Shown here piece after piece: positions 27,657 through 37,874 of a stretch of DNA of 64,000 nt. The translations under genes were made by a program, and so were the position numbers. Source of the stretch: Patescibacteria group bacterium (GTDB lineage: Bacteria; Patescibacteriota; JAHJAL01); NCBI GenBank assembly GCA_049322675.1, contig JBMORM010000025.1, positions 64,520-128,519 on the forward strand, read 5' to 3'. Positions within the stretch are counted from its first letter, which is position 1; every line of letters starts with the position of its first letter. The notes beneath the pieces are model-generated. The model did not search any database, was not told the DNA's origin, and saw nothing but the letters and a program-made list of their open reading frames with translations.

Positions 27657-29627
27657 ATGGACAACATTTTATATAAAAATAGCTTACTGAATTTTCTGGT
27701 GATTGAGGGTAAATTGGATAAAGATCAGGCGGAGAGAATCTTGGATGAAGTAGAAAAAAGTAATCGCAGTATTGTTGATGCGATTTTGGCGAAAGCTTTG
27801 ATCGATGAAATATCTTTGCGGGACTTGTTGGCCAAGTATGCCAATTTGAAAGTTGGGGATGTGCCATATGGTTTATCTCTGAAAACCTATCAGTTTTTGA
27901 ATTTTTCCACTTCATATCGATATCGTATAGTAAGTTTTGATTTGGCTGAAGATGCGGTCAAAATTGCTTGCGACAATCCTTTGAATTTGGAAATGCAAGA
28001 AGTGATAGATTTTTTGAGTCGGGCCAGAAAGATAAAAATTGAATATTATGTGGTGACAAGATCAGAATTGATCCAGCTTTTGGCCAATTATCAAAAAATG
28101 ATGTTGGAAAGGGGATTAATAGATAAGTCGGAAATAGATATAATAAAGCAGAAATATGGTGAATTGGGTACAGATATTATTGAAGCGCCGGTTTTGAAAA
28201 ATGAAGTAAAAGAAGAGGTGATAGAACAAAAGAAGTCGGATGAAGATGAGAAAAAAATTGAGGATGCCGATTTGTTGGGTTTGGAGATAGAAGCAGAGGC
28301 GGAGGCTAGAGTTCAAGAGGTAGAAAAGGGTATGATGAGTGATGATGGCTATTCGGATGAACAGAAATCATGGTTAAAATTATTGCAGGACAAGGTCGAA
28401 TCGATCGATCAATTGAAAAAAATTATTAACTCTCGTGATATTCCTCGGATGGTGGCTAGTTTCGTTCATTATGCCATCATGATGGGAGCTTCGGATATTC
28501 ATATTGAACCGATGACTTCATCAATCAGGGTTCGTTATCGAGTGGATGGAGTTTTGCAGGAAATATTGGAATTGGATAAATCTCTTTTGCCGGCTTTGAT
28601 CTCGCGTATTAAAATTTTGGCTCTACTAAAGATAGATGAACATCGTATTCCTCAGGATGGTCAGTTTAGGGTTACTTTTGAAGGTCGGATGGTTGATTTG
28701 CGTATTTCTTCGTTGCCGACGGTTTATGGTGAAAAAGTGGTGATACGTATTTTGGATGTTTCATCGGGACGATTGACTTTGGATCAATTGGGTTTGCAAG
28801 GGATAAATAAGGATAAAGTATCAAAGAATATTTTGCGTAGCAACGGGATGATTTTGTCCACCGGTCCGACTGGAAGCGGAAAATCGACTTCATTGTTTTC
28901 GATATTGGGGATGGTGTCTTTACCCGGAGTCAATGTGGTTACTTTGGAAGATCCGGTTGAATATCACATTTCCGGAGTCAATCAAGTTCAGATTAGACCG
29001 GATATTGGATTTACTTTTGCTACTGGTTTGAGAAGTATATTGCGTCAAGATCCAAATGTGGTGATGGTGGGTGAAATCCGTGATTCAGAGACAGCCGAGT
29101 TGGCTGTCCATGCTTCTTTGACAGGTCACTTAGTATTGTCAACTTTGCATACCAACGATGCTCCTTCGGCGATTCCAAGATTGATTGATATGGGAATTGA
29201 ACCGTTTTTAATTAGTTCTTCTTTGGTGTTGGTGATGGCGCAAAGATTGGTACGAAAGGTATGTGATCATTGTCGATCCGAAATCGAGGTCCCGGCGGAG
29301 AAGGCCAATGAGATAATTGAATATTTGCATAATGTACCGAAAGAACATATAGAAAAATTGGGTCTGGATTTGGCTAAACCAAAATTTTATCGCGGGTTGG
29401 GTTGTACATATTGTCACAATAGTGGTTATAAAGGTAGGATGGGTGTTTTTGAAGTTTTGGAGATGACTGAGACATTACATGATCTGACAATTAAAAAATC
29501 ATCAGGTGTAGATATTTTTAATCAAGCGGTCAATGAAGGAATGATCACAATGAGACAGGACGCTTTTATGAAAGCATTGCAAGGGATTACGACGTTGGAT
29601 GAGGTTTATAGGGTAACGACAAAGTAA
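27657..29627 (+). CDS. pilB: Type IV pilus extension ATPase PilB/GspE
   Basis: ASDIHIEP, PQDG, GPTGSGKS, LRQDPNVVMVGEIRD, STLHTN, tetra-Cys motif. Confidence 0.95.
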   Translation: MDNILYKNSLLNFLVIEGKLDKDQAERILDEVEKSNRSIVDAILAKALIDEISLRDLLAKYANLKVGDVPYGLSLKTYQFLNFSTSYRYRIVSFDLAEDAVKIACDNPLNLEMQEVIDFLSRARKIKIEYYVVTRSELIQLLANYQKMMLERGLIDKSEIDIIKQKYGELGTDIIEAPVLKNEVKEEVIEQKKSDEDEKKIEDADLLGLEIEAEAEARVQEVEKGMMSDDGYSDEQKSWLKLLQDKVESIDQLKKIINSRDIPRMVASFVHYAIMMGASDIHIEPMTSSIRVRYRVDGVLQEILELDKSLLPALISRIKILALLKIDEHRIPQDGQFRVTFEGRMVDLRISSLPTVYGEKVVIRILDVSSGRLTLDQLGLQGINKDKVSKNILRSNGMILSTGPTGSGKSTSLFSILGMVSLPGVNVVTLEDPVEYHISGVNQVQIRPDIGFTFATGLRSILRQDPNVVMVGEIRDSETAELAVHASLTGHLVLSTLHTNDAPSAIPRLIDMGIEPFLISSSLVLVMAQRLVRKVCDHCRSEIEVPAEKANEIIEYLHNVPKEHIEKLGLDLAKPKFYRGLGCTYCHNSGYKGRMGVFEVLEMTETLHDLTIKKSSGVDIFNQAVNEGMITMRQDAFMKALQGITTLDEVYRVTTK

Positions 29628-29751
29628 ATTTCCAATTCTCAATTTCCAATTTCCAAACATATTTTGCATACGATATTCGGATAAAAAAATGATAATTTGG
29701 AAATTGATCATTGGAAATTTATTGGAAATTGAGAATTGAAAATTGGAAATT
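29626..29751 (+). repeat. Heptamer palindromic element, core A
   Basis: Starts in the pilB stop codon; core aaacatattttgcatacgatattcggata. Confidence 0.8.
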
Positions 29752-29764
29752 AATAATAAAAAAT

Positions 29765-30853
29765 ATGCTTACATCACAAAAATTTAATTCTGACGAAAGT
29801 TCTCTTTTAGAAGAGTTGTTGGATATTGCGATTAAAGAAAACGCATCCGATATCCATATTGTCGCGGACAATTATCCGGTGATTCGGGTAGATGGCGATT
29901 TGAAATATTTGGAAAAATATGACAAATTGTCTTCTTCTTCGACGGCGCAACTTTGTTATGCAATGATGGACGAGAGGCAACGCGAACGGTTGATTCAAGT
30001 ACGGGAAATTGATTTCTCGTTTCCTTATAAAGAATCATATCGTTTTCGAGCAAATATATTTTATCAAAAGGGAACCGTCTCTGCGGCTTTGCGTTTGATC
30101 AAGTCGATGGAACGCACTTTTGATGAATTGGGTTTGCCACCGATAGTTGAAAGATTTACCAAGTTGTCACATGGTTTGGTCTTGGTGACCGGGCCAACCG
30201 GACATGGAAAATCAACTACGTTGGCTTCTTTGATCAATACTATCAATAAAAATCGCCAAGATCATATTATTACCATTGAAGATCCGATTGAAAATATTTT
30301 CAACAGTCATCAAAGTTTGATTGTGCAAAGAGAAATTCCGCATGATTCGCATGATTTCGCTTCGGCTTTGCGAGCGGCCTTGCGTGAAGATCCGGATGTG
30401 GTTTTGATTGGTGAAATGCGTGATTTGGAAACTATTTCGGCAGCTTTGACGGTGGCGGAAACCGGGCATTTGGTGTTTGGTACTTTGCATACCAATGATG
30501 CTGCTCAGACGGCGGATCGTATTATTAACGTTTTTCCATCTCATCAACAACAGCAAGTGCGAACGATATTGGCCAATGTGTTTGAAGGTGTTTTGTCACA
30601 GAGATTACTCAAGAAAAAAGGTGGTGGTCGTATCGCGGCTTGCGAAATCATGACCGGAAGCATGGCAGTGCGATCTCTGATTCGTGAAGGCAAAGCTCAC
30701 CAGTTGCAAGGTGTTATTCAAACCAGCGCCGCCGATGGAATGATTACTTTGGACAAATCTTTGGCCGACTTGGTAAAACGGGGAATTGTTGATCTCGACG
30801 AAGCCTTGATGTGGGCGATTGATCAGGACAACCTTAAAACTATGATTGCATAG
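29765..30853 (+). CDS. pilT: Type IV pilus retraction ATPase PilT
   Basis: GPTGHGKSTTLA, ALRAALREDPD, AETGHLVFGTLHT, AVRSLIRE; start at ATG 29765. Confidence 0.95.
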   Translation: MLTSQKFNSDESSLLEELLDIAIKENASDIHIVADNYPVIRVDGDLKYLEKYDKLSSSSTAQLCYAMMDERQRERLIQVREIDFSFPYKESYRFRANIFYQKGTVSAALRLIKSMERTFDELGLPPIVERFTKLSHGLVLVTGPTGHGKSTTLASLINTINKNRQDHIITIEDPIENIFNSHQSLIVQREIPHDSHDFASALRAALREDPDVVLIGEMRDLETISAALTVAETGHLVFGTLHTNDAAQTADRIINVFPSHQQQQVRTILANVFEGVLSQRLLKKKGGGRIAACEIMTGSMAVRSLIREGKAHQLQGVIQTSAADGMITLDKSLADLVKRGIVDLDEALMWAIDQDNLKTMIA

Positions 30854-30858
30854 GGAAA

Positions 30859-30957
30859 AATTTCCAATTTTCAATTTCCAGTTTTCAAACATATTTTGAA
30901 TTCGATATTTGGAAATTGGACATTGAAAATTTATTGGAAATTGAGAATTGGAAATTA
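30859..30957 (+). repeat. Heptamer palindromic element, core A
   Basis: core aaacatattttgaattcgatatttgga. Confidence 0.8.
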
Positions 30958-30999
30958 TAATGAATTAAATAGAAAAATAAAAATAATATTGAAAACTGT

Positions 31000-32202
31000 A
31001 TGAGCGAATATTTATTTGAAGCGAAAACATTGAGTGGGGAAAAAGTAGCTGGCATGCTGGAAGCCGATAGCATGAAGGATGCTTTGGAAATGCTCAAGCA
31101 ACAAAACTATACTCCGATGGCTTTGGAAAAGAAAAGAGCCATGTGGGATTCTATTACCAATATTTTGAATCGGGTTTCGGTATCGGATTTGGCTGTTTTT
31201 GCTCGACAGTTGGCGATTATGGTTGAAGCTGGTTTTCCTTTGATTCAGGCGATCAAGACGTCCGTCAATCAGACTCGAAATGAAAAATTGAGAGAGACTT
31301 TGGCTTTGATGGCGGTTGATTTGGAATCTGGTTTGAGTTTGTCGATGTCCACCGCCAAACATCCGGAAATTTTTTCCCGATTTGTGGTCAATATGATTCG
31401 TTCTGGTGAGGAAACCGGTCAGTTGAATAAGGTTTTGCGAGAAGTGGCAGAGGAATTGGAAAAACAAAAAGGCTATCAATCGAAAATCAATAGTGTTTTG
31501 ATGTATCCGATATTTGTTTTGGTGATGATGGTGGCGGCAATGATTGTGGTGATGGTGTATGTTATTCCCCAGTTAAAATCTTTGTTTGAAGATTTGGGAG
31601 CGGAGTTGCCGATTGCTACCAAAATTTTAATATGGACAAGTGATTTTGCCGTTAACTATTGGTATATCGTAGTGATTATTACTGCTTTGGTAGTGGCTGC
31701 GATTGTCAGTTTCTTGCGTTCGGATTATGGTCGGGAATGGAAAGATAAATATATACTCAAAGTTCCGGTGGTTGGCAAATTGGTTTTGATGTCGTCGATG
31801 ATGAGATTTTCTCGGACTTTTGGAATGTTGGTGGAAGGTGGAATCGCTATTTTGGATGCGATTGAGATTACCGCTGGAGTTATGGAAAATTCAAATTTTA
31901 AAAAAGCGATAAGAGGATGTTCAGTTTATGTTGAAAAAGGTATTCCTTTTTCCAGTCCGTTAAAAAGAAATAACATATTTCCGATTGTGGTTGGTCAGAT
32001 GGTAGCTATCGGCGAACAATCCGGTCAATTGGCCAAGGCGATGGATAACTTGTCAAAATATTTTGAAGAAGAAACTGATACGATGATAAAGGGTGTGTTT
32101 TCATTGTTTGAACCGTTGATGTTGGTAATAGTTGGTTTGGGCGTTGGTGGTTTGGTGTTTGCTGTCTTGCTGCCAGTGTTTCAGGCGTCGCAAGTACTAT
32201 AA
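31000..32202 (+). CDS. pilC: Type IV pilus platform protein PilC/GspF
   Basis: FARQLAIMVEAG, GEETGQL, MYP, GEQSGQL, EP. Confidence 0.95.
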   Translation: MSEYLFEAKTLSGEKVAGMLEADSMKDALEMLKQQNYTPMALEKKRAMWDSITNILNRVSVSDLAVFARQLAIMVEAGFPLIQAIKTSVNQTRNEKLRETLALMAVDLESGLSLSMSTAKHPEIFSRFVVNMIRSGEETGQLNKVLREVAEELEKQKGYQSKINSVLMYPIFVLVMMVAAMIVVMVYVIPQLKSLFEDLGAELPIATKILIWTSDFAVNYWYIVVIITALVVAAIVSFLRSDYGREWKDKYILKVPVVGKLVLMSSMMRFSRTFGMLVEGGIAILDAIEITAGVMENSNFKKAIRGCSVYVEKGIPFSSPLKRNNIFPIVVGQMVAIGEQSGQLAKAMDNLSKYFEEETDTMIKGVFSLFEPLMLVIVGLGVGGLVFAVLLPVFQASQVL

Positions 32203-32315
32203 AACAGGAAATTGGAAATTATTAACATTCGTTTATAACTCTTACGCGGAGTCGAGCGTAAATTATAATAAAAAGTTTAGAAAATAAAAAAATAGTTAAT
32301 CTAAGGAGAGCAAAA

Positions 32316-32756
32316 ATGCGTAAAATTTCTTTTGAGCGCTCAAAAGGTTTTACCCTTGTCGAGTTGATGGTTGTAATTGCCATTATTGGTATTTTGGCCG
32401 TCGCCGCATTGGGTATCGTCCGTGGAGCTCAACAAAAAGCTGTTAATGCAGCTGTTCAAGCTTCAGCTTCAAATTTGTCAACTGCCGTTGAAACATATTA
32501 TACACAAGAAGGACATTATCCTTCTACTGCTGGTTTGATGACGGAGTTGGTTGATACTGCTAAAGTAATTAATCGTCCTATCACTTTGCCAACACAGTGC
32601 AATGATGGTGATATTCAGACAGCTGCTTTGACTGCAACCGATACAGGAGTTTGCGGTATTCAGTATACTCAAGGATCAACAAGTCAATCTTATACCATTA
32701 ATGTTAAATTATTGGGTAAGGGTGCTTTGGAAGAACCTATTACCGGTGGTCAGTAA
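32316..32756 (+). CDS. pilA: Type IV major pilin
   Basis: KG/FTLVELMVVIAIIGIL class III signal, SD aaggag, 3' stabilising hairpin, two Cys. Confidence 0.85.
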   Translation: MRKISFERSKGFTLVELMVVIAIIGILAVAALGIVRGAQQKAVNAAVQASASNLSTAVETYYTQEGHYPSTAGLMTELVDTAKVINRPITLPTQCNDGDIQTAALTATDTGVCGIQYTQGSTSQSYTINVKLLGKGALEEPITGGQ

Positions 32757-32817
32757 TTAATTAGCATTTCACGGAGATTCAGGATTTTTCCTGGATCTTC
32801 GGAAAATACTAATTAAT
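32755..32817 (+). terminator. Long hairpin after the major pilin (terminator or mRNA stabiliser)
   Basis: aattaattag...ggagattcagga-tttt-tcctggatcttc...ctaattaat. Confidence 0.6.
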
Positions 32818-32838
32818 ATATTTTAATACAATAAGTGA

Positions 32839-32890
32839 TGTCATTCTGGAGCCGGAAGCGTACTCGCATTCCGACATCCAGAATCCAGGA
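32839..32890. repeat. GTCATTC-type REP-like element, left half
   Basis: tgtcattctggagccggaagcgtactcgcattccgacatccagaatccag; also at 33837 and 37235. Confidence 0.75.
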
Positions 32891-32894
32891 TTTT

Positions 32895-33043
32895 AATTTC
32901 CAATTTTCAATTCTCAATTTTCAACAAATTCTCAATTTCCAATTTCCAAACAAATACAGGCAACAATTATTATGAATTTGAGTTCGTTTGAAAATTGGTC
33001 ATTGGACATTTTTTGGAAATTGGAAACTGGAAATTGAAAATTG
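32895..33043. repeat. Heptamer palindromic element, core B
   Basis: core caaacaaatacaggcaacaattattatgaatttgagttcgtttg. Confidence 0.8.
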
Positions 33044-33050
33044 AATATTT

Positions 33051-33806
33051 ATGAATATCATAATCTTCACAATCGGCTTACTCTTCGGTAGCTTTTTGAA
33101 TAGCTTTATCTGGCGCTATCGGAAGAATGTTTTGGAGACTATCTGGAGTGGGCGTTCGATTTGTCCGGCTTGTGGTCATGCTTTGTCTCCCAATGATTTG
33201 GTGCCTTTATTTAGTTTTCTGGTGTTGGGTGGCAAGTGCCGGTATTGTAAAAGTCCGATCAGTTGGCAGTATCCGATGGTAGAATTGTTTTTTGGTCTTT
33301 TGTCATTTTTGATTTTTTGGAAATTTGGCTTGGAATTTTCATTTATTTTTTATCTAATCATTGGTTTTTTACTGACAGCGTTGATGGTGATTGATATTTT
33401 GGATGGTATCTTGCCCAATGGTCTTATTGTGATTACGATTTTTGTCTGGTTGCTATATATGATATTTACCAAAGCCAATGTCTATGATTGGACCAATGTG
33501 GTTTTTGCAGCTTTGATCGGTTTTGGTTTCTTTTTGTCAATCTGGTTGATTACGTTGGGAAAAGGCATGGGAGTAGGGGATATCAAGTTGGCGTTGCTGC
33601 TTGGTTTATTGGCGGGAATCCCCAATATCTACTATATTATTTTCTTTGCATTTATCCTGGGCGCTCTATATGTTTTGCCATTGCTTTTACTCGGGAAATC
33701 GAAATGGAAAAACCCAATTGCCTTCGGACCGTTCCTTATTCTTTCTTACTTTTTGATGCTGTTCATGGGAAATGAGATTCAATTGGTGTTTTTGAGAATG
33801 TTTTAA
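33051..33806 (+). CDS. pilD: Prepilin peptidase
   Basis: GSFLN, RSICPAC, GKCRYC, GMGVGDIKL, IAFGPFL. Confidence 0.95.
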   Translation: MNIIIFTIGLLFGSFLNSFIWRYRKNVLETIWSGRSICPACGHALSPNDLVPLFSFLVLGGKCRYCKSPISWQYPMVELFFGLLSFLIFWKFGLEFSFIFYLIIGFLLTALMVIDILDGILPNGLIVITIFVWLLYMIFTKANVYDWTNVVFAALIGFGFFLSIWLITLGKGMGVGDIKLALLLGLLAGIPNIYYIIFFAFILGALYVLPLLLLGKSKWKNPIAFGPFLILSYFLMLFMGNEIQLVFLRMF

Positions 33807-33836
33807 ATTAATTTTTAATTTCTAAACAATAATAGA

Positions 33837-33961
33837 TGTCATTCTGGAGCCGAAAGCGTAATCGCGTTTCGACATCCAGAATCCAGAAAGAAAAAATTTA
33901 ATAAATTAAGGAAATGGATCCTGGATATTGGAGCGGATTACCTTCCAGTTCCAGGATGACA
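33837..33961. repeat. GTCATTC-type REP-like element, complete doublet
   Basis: tgtcattctgga...atccagaatcca...tggatcctgga...tccaggatgaca. Confidence 0.8.
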
Positions 33962-34015
33962 CAGATTAGTATGTTTAAAAATTAAAAATTAAAAATTAAA
34001 AATTTGAGTACAGAT

Positions 34016-35623
34016 ATGTTTTCCAAAATAAACACAAAAGTAAAAAAAATGTTTAAAGACTTGTATCGGTCTTCTTCCGGTATGACTTTGATTGAGATTC
34101 TTGTCGCTTGCGCTATTATCGTGATCTTGATGGGTGTGACGATGATTTCGTTGCCACGTTATCGTGATAGTCAGACTTTGGAACAGTTTTCCAAGGATGT
34201 CAATGATAGTCTGCGTCAGGCTCAGACGTGGGCTTTATCCCCCAATGTGCCCAAGGCGGAATATTATGTATGGGATATCAAGACGGGGGCGGCGGACGAT
34301 GATCAATGTCCAAATCGACAATATATCGGAGTGATGGCGGATGTGGAAGATGCATATGAAAAGAAGACTTGTTTGGATGATAAAGTAAATTTAAAGGCGG
34401 AAAATATTGGTCCGTTGTATTTTGAGGTCAAGACCGGAAAAATTTTCAATGATGAAGCTTTGACCACTCCGGCCAATGGAAAATTGACCATGGAGCATGA
34501 TAATCATCCCGGTGATTTAGGTTTGTATTATGAAATCAATGTGGCGGCGGATACATTTTCTTTGGGAAAAGAAGTAGTGAGCGGGGATCAAGGTGGTTTG
34601 ACCTTGGCTTGCGGCAATGGTGAGTGCGAGGCGGAAAAAGGTGAAAAATGCGGAACTTGCGGTGACTGTGAATGTCTTTGTCCAAATGACGGTTTGCAAT
34701 ATTGTAGTCAGCAAAGTTGTCCATCGGCCAATTGGTATGATGGTTCTTGTCACGAATTGGCAAAACCAAGCGCGACTTGCGGTGATGGCGATCGTCAACC
34801 GGGTGAGGTCTGTGATGATGGAAATGTGTCTGGTGGTGATTATTGTTCAGCGGATTGCCAGGAGGTAACAGGAGTTTGTGGCGATGGTCAAAAACAAGGA
34901 AGCGAAAGATGTGACGATGGGGCAAACAATGGAAAATATGGTTATTGTAATGCCAATTGTTCAGCCCAGATAAAATGTGGCGACGGGACTGTACAAACTT
35001 CAAATGAGTCTTGTGATGATGGCTCAGCCAATGGCACTTATGGAAAATGCAATACTTCTTGCAGCGCGGTTTTGCGTTGTGGAGATCAAATAATTACTTC
35101 CCCCGAGGTTTGCGATGATGGAGATTTAAACGGAACCAATGGGAAATGTAATCGAGAATGTAGCGGTATTTTGCGTTGCGGAGACGGAGTAGTGACTAGT
35201 CCTGAAGCTTGTGACGATGGTCAGGCCAACGGTCAATACAATAAATGTAATAGTGATTGTACAGCGGTTTTGAAATGTGGTGATGGAATACCTCAGACTC
35301 AGTTTGGTGAAGTGTGCGATAGCGGCACAGCCAATGGAACAGCGATTGGAAAGTGTAATACTCAGTGTACCGGATTGTTGCGTTGCGGAGATAGAATTGT
35401 AACTGCACCCGAAGTCTGTGACGAAGGAAATCTCAATGGTACCTCAGGACATTGCAATACTAGCTGTTCGGCAATAATAACATTGCGTGATGGTAGTCAG
35501 TGTTCGGCTAGCAATCAGTGTCAAAGTGGTTTGTGCGCCGCGTGGTATGGTTCAAGTAATTTTACTTGTGTGAATTCTTTTTATAGAAATTATTGCGGTT
35601 ATTCGTTTATTACTTGTAAATAA
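34016..35623 (+). CDS. Minor pilin fused to Cys-rich (DUF4215/Myxococcus-type) repeats
   Basis: SSG/MTLIEILV prepilin motif; seven CGD-x-E-x-CD-x-G...C-x3-C repeats. Confidence 0.85.
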   Translation: MFSKINTKVKKMFKDLYRSSSGMTLIEILVACAIIVILMGVTMISLPRYRDSQTLEQFSKDVNDSLRQAQTWALSPNVPKAEYYVWDIKTGAADDDQCPNRQYIGVMADVEDAYEKKTCLDDKVNLKAENIGPLYFEVKTGKIFNDEALTTPANGKLTMEHDNHPGDLGLYYEINVAADTFSLGKEVVSGDQGGLTLACGNGECEAEKGEKCGTCGDCECLCPNDGLQYCSQQSCPSANWYDGSCHELAKPSATCGDGDRQPGEVCDDGNVSGGDYCSADCQEVTGVCGDGQKQGSERCDDGANNGKYGYCNANCSAQIKCGDGTVQTSNESCDDGSANGTYGKCNTSCSAVLRCGDQIITSPEVCDDGDLNGTNGKCNRECSGILRCGDGVVTSPEACDDGQANGQYNKCNSDCTAVLKCGDGIPQTQFGEVCDSGTANGTAIGKCNTQCTGLLRCGDRIVTAPEVCDEGNLNGTSGHCNTSCSAIITLRDGSQCSASNQCQSGLCAAWYGSSNFTCVNSFYRNYCGYSFITCK

Positions 35624-35651
35624 AAAAATGGATAGTCGAAAATTTGGAAAG

Positions 35652-35700
35652 TGGATCCTGGATATTTGAACGGATTACCTTCCTAGTTCTAAGGATGACA
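35652..35700. repeat. GTCATTC-type REP-like element, right half
   Basis: tggatcctggatatttgaacggattaccttcc...aggatgaca, like 33915-33961. Confidence 0.75.
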
Positions 35701-35707
35701 GAAAGGA

Positions 35708-35835
35708 AATTTCCAATTTTCAATTCTCAATTTCCAAACATATTTTGTAATCGATATTAGTAAAAAAAATAATTGAAAATTGTATCATTGGAAATTGGAA
35801 ATTTAATGAAAATTGAAAATTGGAAATTGAAAATT
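35708..35835 (+). repeat. Heptamer palindromic element, core A
   Basis: core aaacatattttgtaatcgatattag. Confidence 0.8.
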
Positions 35836-35846
35836 AAAGAATAAAA

Positions 35847-36416
35847 ATGCAATACAAACATCAAAATAAAAAAAATCTTAACTCGCAACGAGGCTTTGGA
35901 CTCATCGAGGTCATCGTCGGTATTGCCATGTTGCTGATCACGGCCACGGCCGCATTATCGATTGCGCATTTTACGACCAAAGCGGAACGATACAATGAAA
36001 AACGTATTGTCGCTTACAATCTGGCACAGCAGGTAGTGGAAGAAGTTCGTCGTCAACGTGATAGTGCGTGGGATGATTTCAAATCCGATACCAGATGGGA
36101 GAGTACGACCGGCGAGATCGTAGTGGACAATTTAAATAATTTTTACTTGAATGGTTCGACGGGTGATGGGTGCGTGAGTGGTGGAACAGGAATGATTGAT
36201 TGCACGATTGGCGGAAGTGATTTTGATATCGAAGTCCAAACTGAAGCTTTGGGCGACGTGATCAGCAAATTGCACGGGCATGATATAGACGGAACCGACG
36301 ATATGGCCGACTCAGTGGCGCGACGTGTTTACGTCGATGTCACTTGGACAGACGCGGGAACAGATAGAAATTTGACAATAGTGACATTGCTGACAGACTG
36401 GAAGCCGATGATATAA
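35847..36416 (+). CDS. Minor pilin, PilV-like
   Basis: QRG/FGLIEVIV, AYNLAQQVVEEVR, VYVDVTW, LLTDWK. Confidence 0.82.
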   Translation: MQYKHQNKKNLNSQRGFGLIEVIVGIAMLLITATAALSIAHFTTKAERYNEKRIVAYNLAQQVVEEVRRQRDSAWDDFKSDTRWESTTGEIVVDNLNNFYLNGSTGDGCVSGGTGMIDCTIGGSDFDIEVQTEALGDVISKLHGHDIDGTDDMADSVARRVYVDVTWTDAGTDRNLTIVTLLTDWKPMI

Positions 36417-36426
36417 TACGGCGAGA

Positions 36427-36575
36427 AATTTTCAATTTTCAATTCTCAATTTCCAAACGATATTTTGTTAGGATATTAGAAAGAAAAAAATATCAAAAAA
36501 AAGTTGAAAATTGTATTTGTTTGAAAATTGGTCATTGGAAATTTATTGGAAATTGGAAACTGGAAATTGGAAATT
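36427..36575 (+). repeat. Heptamer palindromic element, core A
   Basis: core aaacgatattttgttaggatattaga. Confidence 0.8.
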
Positions 36576-36587
36576 TAAAAAAAGTAT

Positions 36588-37226
36588 ATGCAAAATAAAA
36601 ATATGAAAAATAATGAAATGTGGATTGACAATAAAGGTTTCACCCTAGTTGAAGTATTGGTCGCTATGACCGTCTTTATCATCGCGTCGATCATGTTTAT
36701 GTCCACTTTTAATCTGGTGAGCCAGACTACGATGCGGGTGGAGAGTTCGCGGTTGGCGCAACAGGATGCACGTTATGCGATTGAACAGATTTCGCGGGAA
36801 ATTCGCAATGGTTGGGATTTTGAAGTGCGTAATCCGACCGGAGCTCAAGAAGGGAAGGCTTTGTTTTACGCCACCAGTGATACAAATGGCAACGAACAAC
36901 ATTATCTGATATCCGAGCAATATTTGGAAAATGATACTCGCACGATTGTGCGACAACTTGTTGATTCAAACGGAAATCCAACTGGCGGCAGTACGCCTTT
37001 GCCAATGCTTTCCACGGTAGTCGGTTTGACCGACAAAACCGAAGGCGCGGACGATGGCGGCCTACGTTTTCGCCTGATCGAACCCGCCAGCGAATACCCG
37101 GCAGTGGAAATCGAAATGACCGTCCAAAGGGAAAACGCGGAAAGATTTTCCAAACCGTTGTCAGTCATTACACGGGTTACGAGTAGGATGAGGGGGGAGG
37201 AATTAAAAAGTCGGAATGAAGGTTAA
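36588..37226 (+). CDS. Minor pilin, PilW-like
   Basis: NKG/FTLVEVLV, ARYAIEQISREIRNG. Confidence 0.82.
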   Translation: MQNKNMKNNEMWIDNKGFTLVEVLVAMTVFIIASIMFMSTFNLVSQTTMRVESSRLAQQDARYAIEQISREIRNGWDFEVRNPTGAQEGKALFYATSDTNGNEQHYLISEQYLENDTRTIVRQLVDSNGNPTGGSTPLPMLSTVVGLTDKTEGADDGGLRFRLIEPASEYPAVEIEMTVQRENAERFSKPLSVITRVTSRMRGEELKSRNEG

Positions 37227-37234
37227 AACATTTA

Positions 37235-37282
37235 TGTCATTCTGGAAAGAAAGTGTAATCACGCTTCTTATCCAGAATCCAG
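37235..37282. repeat. GTCATTC-type REP-like element, left half
   Basis: tgtcattctgga...atccagaatccag. Confidence 0.7.
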
Positions 37283-37286
37283 CACC

Positions 37287-37438
37287 TTAATTTCCAATTT
37301 CCAGTTTCCAATTTCCAGTAAATGCTCAATTTCCAATTTCCAAACAAATATTAAGCAACAATTATTATTAATTTGAATTCGTTTGAAAATTGGTCATTGG
37401 AAATTTATTGGAAACTGGAAATTGTGAATTGGAAATTT
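37287..37438. repeat. Heptamer palindromic element, core B
   Basis: core caaacaaatattaagcaacaattattattaatttgaattcgtttg. Confidence 0.8.
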
Positions 37439-37445
37439 CTCTGAG

Positions 37446-37790
37446 TCATTTCTTATTGAGTGAGTTAACAATTTTTTGAAAGATCATATTCAGTTGCTGA
37501 CTTTCTTGATAGAGTTTTTGAATTTCTACTCTATTATCTAGTTCACTTGAATACAGCATTTTGAGCCAATATTTTGTTTCATTCGTTTCTTTTTTGCAAA
37601 TAAATATTTTGTTTTTAAAATCTCGTTTTGAACTTGAATCATTGGCTTCATGATAATTTGCTCCGATACTTGTTCCTGAACGTATGACTTGATTGATTGT
37701 GTTTTTATTGATTATGTTGATTTTTATAGATTTGCAAAGACTAATTATTTTTATTCCAAAATCTGATGTTCGTTTTTCCAAATTGTACAT
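37446..37790 (-). CDS. Four-helix-bundle protein (23S rRNA IVS protein / bAvd-like family)
   Basis: YNLEKRT, QVIRSGTSIGANYHEA, SKRDFKNKIFICKKETNETKYWL. Confidence 0.92.
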   Translation of the reverse strand: MYNLEKRTSDFGIKIISLCKSIKINIINKNTINQVIRSGTSIGANYHEANDSSSKRDFKNKIFICKKETNETKYWLKMLYSSELDNRVEIQKLYQESQQLNMIFQKIVNSLNKK

Positions 37791-37874
37791 GGATTGTTGT
37801 TAAAAAGTATTTATAATTACTTATAACAAATCTCGATTAACTAGAAATTAATAAAAATTTAAAATTAGATTATC

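Noticed and set aside
29711-29764. N-terminal extensions and small ORFs rich in WKLEIGN / NFQFPIS (for example 8510-8803 and the starts at 9085, 29711 and 49682)
   Set aside because: These are translations of the heptamer arms; real starts are at downstream ATGs.
15448-37790. Diversity-generating retroelement, suggested by an Avd-like gene plus similar adhesin segments
   Set aside because: No reverse transcriptase in the window; differences between the similar segments are mostly synonymous and involve all bases rather than adenines only; both segments are coding.
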